Origin: Heterodontus francisci
Lineage: Eukaryota
Direction: 5' to 3'
Length of the DNA stretch: 64,000 nt
NCBI RefSeq assembly: GCF_036365525.1
Contig: NC_090417.1
Coordinates: forward strand, 3,334,832-3,398,831
Within the stretch, counting starts at the first letter, position 1. Each line of letters starts with the position of its first letter. Below, piece by piece: positions 10,001 to 22,000 of this stretch. The position numbers and the translations under genes were made by a program. The notes below the pieces were generated by a model. It was given only the letters and a program-made list of their open reading frames with translations, was not told where the DNA came from and made no database searches.

Positions 10001-13000
10001 CCTCTCTCTTCCCCCTCCGCTTCCCTCTCTCTTCCCCCTCCGCTTCCCCCTCTCTTCCCCCTCTCTTCCCCCTCTCTTCCCCCTCTCTTCCCCCTCCGCT
10101 TCCCCCTCCGCTTCCCCCTCCGCTTCCCCCTCCGCTTCCCCCTCTCTTCCCCCTCCGCTTCCCCCTCTCTTCCCCCTCCGCTTCCCCCTCTCTTCCCCCT
10201 CCGCTTCCCTCTCTCTCTCTCTTTCCCCCCCCGCTTCCCTCTCTCTTCCCCCCCCTCCGTTTCCCTCCCACTCCCCCCCCCCACCCCTCCGCTTCCCTCT
10301 CTCTTCCCCCTCCGCTTCCCTCTCTCTCTCTCTTCCCCCCCCCCGCTTCCCTCTCTCTCTCCTCCCCCCTCCGTTTCCCTCTCACTCCCCCCCCCACCCC
10401 TCCGCTTCCCTCTCTCTTCCCCCCTCCCCCCCGCTTCCCTCTTCTCCCCCCCCCCCCCCCCCCCCCACTTACCTCTCTCTCTTTTCCCCCCCTCCCCCCC
10501 TCGAAATTGCACAGTTTACTAATGTACTGTCTGCTAGTTTGGTGCTTGTCTGACTATCTTGTATATTCTGACTCTGCTGTCCAACCTGTGCTTTACTCCG
10601 AAGACGAGGGCTGATTCAGAAGGAGTCGGGTTTTGCAGCAAGTGTGGATGCCGGCTGGCTGGCCTGGAGTGTGGGCTTGTTTCTGATCAAACCCCTGAAG
10701 TGGACGCTATCCTCGCTTCTGGGGAACAACACAGTTTCACCGGATGAACCATATGTCATTGTCGAGCGTATTAAGGTGAGATTAAATCCATTCTGGATAC
10801 AGTGATAACCAGCTGTATTCCTCAGTGTAGTGAAGGTGATCAGCATTCCTCAATATCCCACTTTATTTTTCATAACTATGAAAGGTGTGAGACTTAACTC
10901 GAGAGAGTAGCGTATCGTAGAATAGAATGCTTACAACACAGGAGGAGGCCATTTGACCTGACACAGCAGAACAATAATTGTCCTCCGTGCCATGGGTTAA
11001 ATGAGGATCAATTGAACCAGGGTTCTTACTCCTGCTCGCTATCCCGTAACCCATTTCAGATGTTGGGTAAGGACAGAATCAGGATTGCTTGATGTCCCGA
11101 CACTCCAGTCGCCTGCTGAATCTTATTCTCTAAGATCCCACATGAAGAGTGGGCACTTGTGTGAGGCCACCACCCATAACCCCTCCCAATAGAATGTACC
11201 ATCAGGCAAGGGAGTCAGTGCTAGTCACTCCAGGACATCTCTACAAGCGGATCTCCTGTGCTGCAGTAGACATGATGCATTAGGATATCAAGGAATGTGG
11301 CGCAAATGCATCAGAGATCAGCTATGATCTGATTAAGTGGCGGAACAGGCTTGAGGGGCTGAATGGCCTCCTATTGCTGTGACAGTGAAATCGGTGACTC
11401 GAACACAATTGAGGGCATTTGGGGTATGGGAGGGCTAGTTGGGGACTAGGAGCATTGGGAAGAGGTGGCAGAGAGGTGTGAGAATAGGCAGTGGGGTCAG
11501 AGCACGACAACACACTGGGACATTTGGGGTACAGGTCTCTGCACAGACAGGGTGGATGCAGTGGCAATTCACAGAGGGTCTGGGGTTTGGGAGCGTTTGC
11601 AGGTGTTGGGGTCTGACTGTATGGGAGGAGATGTTACATCCTCGGAGAACTGGGCATGTTGATGCCTGAATACCCTCTGAACTTGTACCTTTGCCCCGAC
11701 TCAAATGTGAACTCCTGTCCCCAGCAGCATCACCAATTCTGATTTGGCAGCATTCAGGTGTTAATAAAAGCGTGATACAGGAACACAGTGACGCAAAAAG
11801 AAGTGTGCGCAGTCCTAAGATTATAAACGCTGAATTATTTTTGATTTTAAAAGCCCCTCATTGCAACCAACAATTTTTGTGTTCTGTAACAAATATCTTG
11901 AGTGAACAGCAGTAGCTGTCGATATGCTTCCGGTTGCTAAGGCAGTACAAGAGTGTGGGAAGTAAATGTGTGGTTTCCACAGGCATTTTTGTGTGCTGTT
12001 ATGCTTTCACTGTTGCAGTAATGCTTTGTAGTTCGGACTGTGCATTAACTCCCTCCACATTCCCATCAAGCGCTACCTCAGGAGTGAAGTTGGCAGTCTG
12101 ACTGCCTGGGGCATTGACGCAAGATCTCAAAGTGCTTTCATCATTGGTGCCTCCAGTGACAGACCTGAGAACCACTGCTACATTCTTCTTGCTTTACACA
12201 AAATGCTTTTCCGAGGCTCTAGTCCAGCCAGGGAGTAAAACAATCCATAATACTGCTGGGTGCAAACGGTGTTTAAAATCTCTCTCACCCGCAGCACCCA
12301 TTGCTGAAATGGCAGCAATTATTCTTCTAATTCTTCTTCCATCTGAGGGTCACGATGAGATTGGGGAAGGTACAAACCCAGCCCAAGGTGTTTTTTTTCC
12401 CCCCCTTTTCCATAATTTAAGTTGCACTCTGCTTCATCCTGTTGTAGCAAGCACAAATGGGAAGATGCAGCCATGTATCGTGCCTTTCAGGATTTTCTGT
12501 GCACAGTTTCAGCACTGTACCTTTTAACCCCAGACGCACCCGCAGAAATCTGATTTTCATGCTTTGCGTCCCCAGGAAAAGGCCGCTGAGGTTTTGCAGC
12601 TCTGTCAGAATTACCTGGAGTCATCGCATCCCGTGGTCGCCTTTGCAAGGCTGCAGGAGGTGTGTCAGAGTGTGTGTAACGATGAGAAGACTTTCTGTCT
12701 GTGTCTGCTGCAGCTCCAAAAAGAAAAGAGAGTCACTGTGGCTGAAATCGATGGCGATAAGGTGAGTGTGTGCCCATGTGACAGGCCTGAGCAGTGGTGG
12801 GGGTAGAGGTGGCTTTCCTCCGTGTGCTCCAGTTTCCTCCCACATGCCCAAGACTTGTGGATTGATAGGGAAATTGGCCGTTGTAAAAAATAAAAATTGC
12901 TAGGTAGGTGATAGGAGAATTGAGGGAAGGTGGGAATGCGAGAGGGAAAATGGGATTAATGAAGGATTAGTATAAATGGGTGGTTGATAGTTGGCACGGA

Positions 13001-16000
13001 CTCAGTGGGCCAAAGGGCCTGTTTCGGTGCTGTATCTCTCTGTCTCTATGACTAAAGCTGTCTCTATACTGTTGCATCAAACGCTACCAGGACAAGTACA
13101 GCATTGGTTAGATACAGAGGACAGCTCTCTCTACCAAAAAAAAGCAGGTTAGATACAGAGTAAAGCACCCTCAAAAAGAAGAAAAAACGGGGTTAGATAC
13201 AGAGTAAAGCTCCCTCGACACTATCCCATCAAACACTCCCAGGACAGGCCGACAGGCAGAGGAGTAGCCGAAGCCCCCGGGATGCCCCTCACTGTGGGTG
13301 ACGAGGGGGCTCGGGAGTGCGGAGCGCTAAAAAAAAAAGAGGGAAAGCTCCCTCTACACTGTCCCATCAAACACTCCCAGGACAGGTACAGCACGGGGTT
13401 AGATACAGAGTAAAGCTCCCTCTACACTGTCCCCATCAAACACTCCCAGGACAGGTACAGCGCGGGGTTAGATACAGAGTAAAGCTCCCTCTACACTGTC
13501 CCCATCAAACACTCCCAGGACAGGTACAGCACGGGGTTAGATACAGAGTAAAGCTCCCTCTACACTGTCCCATCAAACACTCCCAGGACAGGTACAGCAC
13601 GGGGTTAGATACAGAGTAAAGCTCCCTCTACACTGTCCCCATCAAACACTCCCAGGACAGGTACAGCACGGGGTTAGATACAGAGTAAAGCTCCCTCTAC
13701 ACTGTCCCCATCAAACACTCCCAGGACAGGTACAGCACAGGGTTAGATACAGAGTAAAGCTCCCTCTACACTGTGCCCATCAAACACTCCCAGGACAGGT
13801 ACAGCACGGGGTTCGATACAGAGTAAAGCTCCCTCTACACTGTCCCCATCAAACACTCCCAGGACAGGTACAGGTTTGATATTTTCTGCATTGTAGAGGA
13901 TAATTATACAGCGTCACTGCCCTCTGGTGGGGAGGCCCCATTAAGACACCTCTCAAGACAGGAATTTGGGATTCTCCCTGTGAACTCCTCGATTGCAGGG
14001 TTAAGTTTCCCGTGCTCCTCCTGCCACTTTGACTGCTCCCCTCTCTCCTGCCCCAGCCACTTCCAGTTGCGGCACTGAACCAGCAAGTCCAGGAATGTGT
14101 CCTGTTCCAAGCTTCATTCCCCCCCCCCCACCCCCGCTGTGTCATTTGGCTTCAGGACAGTGTGGATAATGAAATGTGATTGGGGGTGGGGGGGGCGTGG
14201 AGAGGAGAAACAGCCAGTGGTCCACACTCCTGCTCCCTATCTGGTAAACCCCCTCCACCCCTCACAGCCCCTGCGTCTCCCACTGGAAACTGCGCGTGGA
14301 CCTCGAGCGGAGGGGATGGGAAATCAGGTTGGGCTGTGATGCCCATAGTGGCGGAATGGCACAACAGCAACGGGCCTCAGATTTCTTTCGACAGTGCCAG
14401 GGGACGAGTCGTTTGCCCGCGGGGGCCCCCCCCCCAGTGCCAGCGAGCAATCAATGGCTTCAGGAGGGCTCTTGCTAAGCCTCAGTACTGACCCTCTGAC
14501 AGTGCGGCACTCCCTCAGTGGGATATAGTGGGGCAACTGTCAGTGTGTTGAATCCATGTTTGTTTCAATGCCACTTGAGTACCCTCCTCCTCCCCGGATG
14601 GCGTTTTGACCAATCAGTTGACAGGACAGGCTGTTGGAAACCCAGCACCAGTGGAATTAGCTGAAAGGAAGCTCGACCAGCTGCCTAGTAACTGGAGAAC
14701 CGATAGCGGCAGGGATCAAAACGTACAAGCTTTACACAGATTGGAAACGACATTCAGCAAATCTCCCTCTACACTGTCCCCATCAAATACTCCCCAGCAC
14801 AGGTACAGCACGGGGGTTAGATACAGAGTAAAGCTCCCTCTACACTGTCCCCATAAAATACTCCCCAGGCCAGGTACAGCACGGGGGTTAGATACAGAGT
14901 AAAGCTCCCTCTGCACTGTCCCCATCAAACACTCCCCAGGACAGGTACGGCACGGGGGTTAGATACAGAGTAAAGCTCCCTCTACACTGTCCCCATCAGG
15001 CACAGCATGGATTAGATACAGAGTAAAGCACTCTCTACACGGTCCCATCAAACACTTCCACGGCAGGTAACGCACAGGTTAGATGCTAAGTAAAGCTCCC
15101 TCTACACTGTCCCAACAATGTACAGCAGCAGCTTATATTTATATAGCGCCTATAATCTTTAAAAGTCCCAAGGTGCTTCTCAGGAGCATTACAAAACAAA
15201 ATTTGACACCGAACCACATGAGGAGATAGTAGGTCAAATGATCAAAAGCTTGGTCAAGTCTGTAGGTTTTAAGCATTGTCTTAAAGGAGGAAAGTGAGGT
15301 TGAGAGGCAGAGGGGTTCAGGGAGGGAATTCTAGAGCTTTGCGCCTAGGCATGGTCACCAATGGTGGAGCAATGAAAATCAGGGATTTACAAGAGGCCAG
15401 AATTAGAGGAGTGCAGATATCTCGGAGGATTTGGGATTGGAGGAGATTACAGAGATACGGGAGGGGGTGAGGCCATGGAGGGATTTGAAAACAAGGATGA
15501 GCATTTTAAAATCATGATGTTGCTTGACTGGGAGCTAATGTAGGACAGCGAGCACACGGGTGATAGGGTAACGGGACTGAGAGCGAGTTAAGTCATGGGC
15601 GGCAGAGTTTTGGATGACCTCAAGTTTACGGAGGGTAGAATGTGGGAGACCAGCTAGGAGTGCATTGGAATAGTCAAGTCTAGAGGTGAGGAACGCATGG
15701 ATGAGGGTTTCAGTAGCAGATGAGCTGGGACAGGGGCGAAGTCAGGTGATGTTCCGGAGGTGGAAATAGGCGGTCTTAGTGATGGCACGGATATGTGGTC
15801 GGAAGCTCATCTCGGGGTCAGTTGTGACAGCAAGATTGCAAACAGTTTGGTTGAATCTTGGACTGTTGCCAGGGAGAGGGATGGAGTTGTTAGCTAGGGA
15901 ACAGAGTTTAGAGCAGGGACCGAAAACAATGGCTTCAGTCTTCCCAGTATTTAATTGGAAATTTCCATTCATCCAGTACTGGATGCTGGATACGCAATCT

Positions 16001-19000
16001 GATAGTTTAGAGACGGTGGAGGAGTTGAGGGAGGTGATGGTGAGGTCATCAGCCCTCAGTTGACCTCCATTCTTAATGCCTGCCTATGTGCTTGTGGATT
16101 AGGGTGGCTTTGTACCTTGGAACTTTTTTTGGAGTGGCCCAAACTGACCGTTTCCTTTTAACCTGTCATGCAGATTGTGAAGTTCAGCCACTCTCCCACT
16201 AACAAAGTTTCAGGAGTGACTGAGATCGATGTAGGGGTGTACCAGCTGGTTAAGTGTGAAAAGACGTTGACACAGAAAGTGGAAACACTGTCCCAGGAGA
16301 CTGAAAGGTACATGAAGAAAATGAAAACCATTCCTATTGCAGTGCTGCTTTTCAGTATTGTATTTCAGACACACAGCAACATTCACCTGTTGTTACTTCA
16401 TGCCCTTGTGTTTAATCTGTGAAGTCAGCCCATGAAACTTGTTGCCTGCTTCACTCACCTCTGCCCTCTTGTGTACCCTTTACCCAGTGTTCATCCAGCA
16501 GATACAGATTTGTTTTGAGTTTTTACTGATGTAATGAGCAGGGGGAGTTTTCAAAAGGCAGTCAATAAGGTGCCACACAAGAGGTTATTAGGCAAAATTA
16601 GGGCTCATGGAATTGGGAGTAATATATTAGTGTGGATTGAGTAGGAATAAATGGGTCATTTTTGGGTTGGCAGGCTGTAACTACTGGGGTACAGCAAGGA
16701 TCAATCCTTGGGCCTCAGCTATTTACAATCGAGATCAACTGATATGGGGCCAGGTGTAATGGATCCAAGTTTGCTAACCAGACAAAGGTGGGAAAGTAAG
16801 CTGTGAGGAGGACACAGAGAGGCTGCTGAGGGATAGTTTTGGGTGCAGGCTATGCTTGCCTGAGAGAGGGAGTGCAACGAAGGTTCATTTGACTAACTGC
16901 TGAGATGAGGAGAGATTAAGTAAACTAGGCCTATATTCCCTAAACTTGGAAGAATGTGAGGTGATTTCATTGAAACATATGAAAGGTAGATGCTAGAAGG
17001 ATGTATCCCCTGGCTGTGGAATCTAGAACTGGGGAGGGTCACAGTCTCAGACTAAGGGGTTGGCCAATTCAGACTGAGATGAGAAATTTCTTCATTCAAT
17101 CGGTTGTGAATCTTTGGAATTCTGTGCCCCAGAGGGTAGTGGATACTCTTGTAATTGAGTATATTCACGACTGAGTTCGATAGATGTTTGCATACTAAGG
17201 GAATTCCGAGATATGGGGATAGGATGGGGAAGCAGAGTTGAAGTTGTGAAGATCAACCATGATCTTATTGAATGGCAGGGCAGATGTGAGGGGTTGAATG
17301 GCCTACCCCTGCTCCTGTTTCTTACATTCTTACATCTCCATTCGAAAGTCCTGCTTGTACACATTGAAGTTACCTGATAAGTACTGTTGCTCTGGGGGAC
17401 TTTTGAATGAAGCAGGTAATACAAGGGGCATGAGGGGGATTCACATCACGTTCGGAGGTGGGGAAAGGATACTGTTTGGTTTCCCAAGGTACAATATCAG
17501 AAAGCACCAGCGGCCTCCAGTATTTCACCTTGGGTCATCCCTTCATCTCTGAATCTTGATAAGTTGTCCGTGTGTTTTTTCGACCAAGGGAGACTTGGCC
17601 AAACACATTGCTTTTTGAAATGCCCACGTAACTGCTTTTGGTCAGCTTTGGTCACTGAGTGAGAGTCAGTGTGGGAGCATGAGTTCAATTGCATCTCACC
17701 GACTAGGGCAGACCTAGACTTTGACTCGGTGGCAGCGTTCATGTTCAAAAGCTCAGGGTTCAAACCCTACTCCAGACGGTCCCACAGTGTGTTTTCAAAA
17801 GAAGAAATCAGCCAGCATAATTATCCCCCTTCCTTCAAAAAAAAAATGTTTTTCTTCCTAGATATAAGGAAGATGCAAGAAGCCATCTAAGAACTGGGAA
17901 AAAGCATTTGGTGAGTAAAGGATGTGTATTCTCTTTCCAGTCGATTCTACCATGAAGGCTGCTTTGGTGCTGATCTATGTTGCTAGGCCCATGTTCCTAA
18001 TCCTGGTCTCTGAGGAGAGAACCAATGTGAGTTGGGGCACAGCAACTTTGTTCAGGTAGGAGGAAGATGTTCCAAGGTTCCTGATCACTGTCCAGTGACT
18101 CCAGCTGACAAGCGTGTACAGACTCTGGCAGAGTACCAGACTGAAGTCTGTTGTGGTTCGCTCTCCGTAGTTCTATGGTCTGCTGCTGTCTAGGCTCGCT
18201 ATCTGAAAGAGTATTAGAGGCAGAAACCCTTATTAACATTTGAAAAAGGGACCTGCAAAGTGGGATTAGGCTGCCTGGCTACTTGTCAGCTGGTGTGGGT
18301 GTGAAGGGCCAAATGGCATCTTTCTATGCTGTAAATTTCGATGTGGCGGTGCCCACTTGGACGAGAAGCTGAAAGGTATCCGAACCCCAGAACCAATCAG
18401 ATGCTGCAGGTAAGAGTGGGAGAGGGGACAAAGTTGAGATTCTTTTTAAAAAAAAAAAGAATAGTTTGTCTTGATGCTGGAAAGGCCAAAACAGTTTATT
18501 CACTGGCAGAGCTTCACATTTCAAAACGTAGGCCTCATGGCTGCGTTGGTAACGATCGTGTCCCTCGGTCTCAACTTAACGCCTTGTACAAGGCCCAGCG
18601 GCAACACATAATGTGGGACACAGACCTGCAGTTCCCCACCGCGCTGAGCTCCTGACAGATGTGTCAGACTGAGAAAGAGAGGAGTGAAAAATGTTACTGG
18701 GCCAGTGGTTCTCTTGTGTGGAATAAAGCTGCCTCCTTGCCGTGGTATCTTTCATTGGAGAGAGAATTGCAAGAAGGAGCAGCAGTGAATAGCAGCTCAA
18801 AGCAGATTCATCCCATAGCCAGCAGGCTGTGAATGATGATCATAGTGTGAGCAGGGGGTGCTGCTGCCACACGGTGAGTTAGCTGCTACATGCTTGGGAT
18901 GTATGAAGTGACCTTTTACTTGTTTCTTTCGAAGGCACTGAAATCTCTGAGAATGAAGAGGAAGACAGATAAGCAGCTGGCCAATATTGACAATAAACTC

Positions 19001-22000
19001 AACACCATTCAGACCATCCTAGATCGCATCTACTCCTCCCAGACTGACAAAACGGTATTGAAAGCTTTTGCCTCCCCTCTCTGATCTTGCAGTTCACTAC
19101 TAAAGAATAGTGTTCCGATGTATGAAATCTTAGTTTTCAAAGAAAATCCTGTTATATTCTCTGTACTTGTGTAAGTGATGATGTCCCTCTTTGTTTGCTT
19201 CTTTGCAAACCTGTATGACTTGCACCGTTATGCTGCTTCCATGTGGTTTTTGGAAAACAAATGCGGCTTGACTGACTTGGTGTCTGTGTTTGTAAATGCA
19301 ACTGAGCCATTGATCAGCAACGGCTTGCATTTATATAGCACCTTTAATGTGGTAACGTGCTCAAGGTGCTTCATAGGAGTGTTATTCAACAAAATTCGAC
19401 ACCAAGCCAGATAAGGACGTGTCAGGATAGGTGACTAAATGGTCAAAGAGGGAGGTTTTAAGGAGGAGAAAGAGGCGGAGAGGTCCAGGGAGGGAATTCC
19501 AGAGTTTAGGGTCTAGGCAGCACGACTGCCGATGGCAGAGTGATTTTAACTCCGGGACACTCGAGGGTAGAATTGGAGGAGCGCAGATAGCTGAGAGTTG
19601 TAGGAAATTGCTAAGATGGGGAAGGGTAAGACCATGGAAAGATCTGAAAACGATGATGAGAGTTTTAAAATGGAGGCATTGCATAACCTGGAGCCAATGT
19701 AGGTTAGTGAGCACAGGGCTTAGTGCCAGTTTGGAGTTTTGGATGACAGATTTACAGAGGGTAGAATGTGGGAGGCCGGCCAGGAGTACATTGGGACAGT
19801 CAAGTCGAGAAATAACAAAGGCATGAATGAAGGTTTCAGCAGCAGATGAGCTGAGGCAGGGACAGAGTGGGTGATGTTACGGAGGTGGAAGTAGGCGGTT
19901 TTAGTCATGGCATGGATGTGTGGTCAGAAGCTCATCTCGGGGTCAAATAAAACACCAAGGTTGAGAACAGTCTGGTTCAGCATCAGTCAGTTGCCAGGGA
20001 GAGGGACGGAGTCAGTGGCCAAGGAACGGAGTTTGTAGCAGGGACGAAAGACGATGGCTTCGGTCTTCCCCAATATTTAATTGAAGCAATGACTGCTTAT
20101 CCAGTACTGGATGTTATACAAGCAGCGTGACAAACCAGAGACACAGTGGAGGGGGTCGAGAGAAGTGGTAGTGATGTAAAGTTGAGTGTTGTTTGCATAC
20201 ATGTGAAAACTGATGCTGCGCTTTTGAATGATGTCTCCGAGGGGCAGCATGTAGATTTGAAATAGGGAGCCAAGGATTGATCCTTGGGGAGGTAATGGTA
20301 CAGGAGCAGGAAGAAACACGACCGGATCAATTCTACAGCAGTTCAGAGTTAGCTGACTTCAACTCGAATAGTCTGCAGCGCCCTCGTGTCGTGGTAGCAC
20401 CTTCAGGAGAGAGGGGGGTTACACAGGCTGCAAGGGAATGTCATTTGTCCTTACTGATGAGTTGAGTTTAACTATGCTTGGGTATCATGTCTTATTGTCC
20501 TGCCCTGTCCCAATTTGCTCATCTTTCTTTTCTTAACTTGGTCTGATTTCTCTTCACAATGTTTTCCGGCTTCTCGATGTGGGCTACTGGACAAGCTCAA
20601 GGACAAGTTGTTTTCATAAATCTGATGGAGTCTTTGTAGAAAGGACGCCACAGCCCATTCTGCCCAATGCAGTGTGCTGCAAGGAGGCCTGATCGGTGCT
20701 GTCCCTCTTTACTCATGGGGAAAAATCATCACAATTGGCCACATTGTCCTTGCCTGAGACGTCCACACAACTTCAGTGCGAGAATCGTAGCCAGATTGTT
20801 ACTAGCACCCTGGCATCCCCTACTGTCCATCCCCGCTCCCACTCCCCACAATCCAGGGAACACCACCCCCAAAAAAAGATCAAGCAGCTAAAGGTGGGTC
20901 TGGAATTGTGCCTTGGACATTCTGGCCTGCATTGTTGAAAACTGTACAGAGATTGGAGGCAGGAAGGTGGGTGTTCAAATGTGTACTAGACACCCATCAC
21001 AATGAGTGGTGGGGGGGTGATACATTTGCAGCTTGTTGAAAGGACGGTTACAGTAATTCAGCACTTCTTGCCTGACTGTTTTCCAGGTTATGGAGGCCTA
21101 TCAGGCAGGGCTCGGAGCGTTGAGACAGTCAATGAAAGATGTCAGTGTGGAGAAAGTGGAGAACCTGATGGATCAGATTGAGCAGGTAAGGGGGCTTTAT
21201 ATTGTCTATTGAGACACCAAGTTTGAACACATAGAGCAGAGAAGATGAAGTAAATCGTGACGCCCTGTTTGGCTTGGAAGATGGGTCCTGAAGGATTTCG
21301 TCCACTAATCTGCATTTTCACCTCCTGCGGGTGTAGGCAGGAGAAAGAGAGAGAGAGTTCGTAGCTTACTCGCAAGGAAAATTGTGAAATAGGCCAATGT
21401 TTGTGGTGTCCTCAGTTGTTGCAGGCGGGTGAGCAGCTGAAGGTGGAAGGCCCAGTTGTAATAGTGAAATCTCTGTGCTTGCGTTGTTTCCATTGCTGAT
21501 GGGGTGGATTGCAGGGAGCTGTGAGCCTCAGTATGTTTACTGCAGGACAGAAGGAGTGTAAGCAGGCAGCCTATCAAAACAGCAGACTAGAATCGTGAAT
21601 GTTTAAACTCCGTGGCAAATAAACTGCTGCATTTGAGTCATCTATGTCAGGGACCCAGAGACTCCACCGAAATGAGGACAGTTTTAGCACAGGCTGTAGG
21701 GCCCTGAATTTGAAAATGATTATTCTTTAAAAGAATAAGCCATGAATGGTTAGGTGGTTCTTTCTGAACGGGCAGTGGCCTTTCTCTATACTAAGTGAGC
21801 AGTAGTGGCTATAGTATTCAGTCTCATTGTACCGTTGAGCAGATGGGACTGGGTCTCACTGGATCATTGACCAGGCGGGACTGGGTCTCACTGGATCATT
21901 GACCAGGCAGGTTTGGCTCGAGCTGGATTATTGAATGGACTGAGTTGGGGGATTATCTAATAATTTCTCTCTCTCTCTCTCTCAGTTCTGTGAAACACAG

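Noticed and set aside
3998-10614. Giant ORFs of 487-2169 aa (Pro/Ser/Leu-rich on +, Gly/Arg/Glu-rich on -)
   Set aside because: They arise because the repeat units lack stop codons in several frames on both strands. They lie inside CHMP7 intron 1, and read-through from exon 1 hits TGA at 4045.
13317-13872. CRISPR-like array or repeat protein
   Set aside because: The units are head-to-tail with no unique spacers, the context is a vertebrate intron with no cas genes, and the peptide repeat only reflects the 69-bp period.
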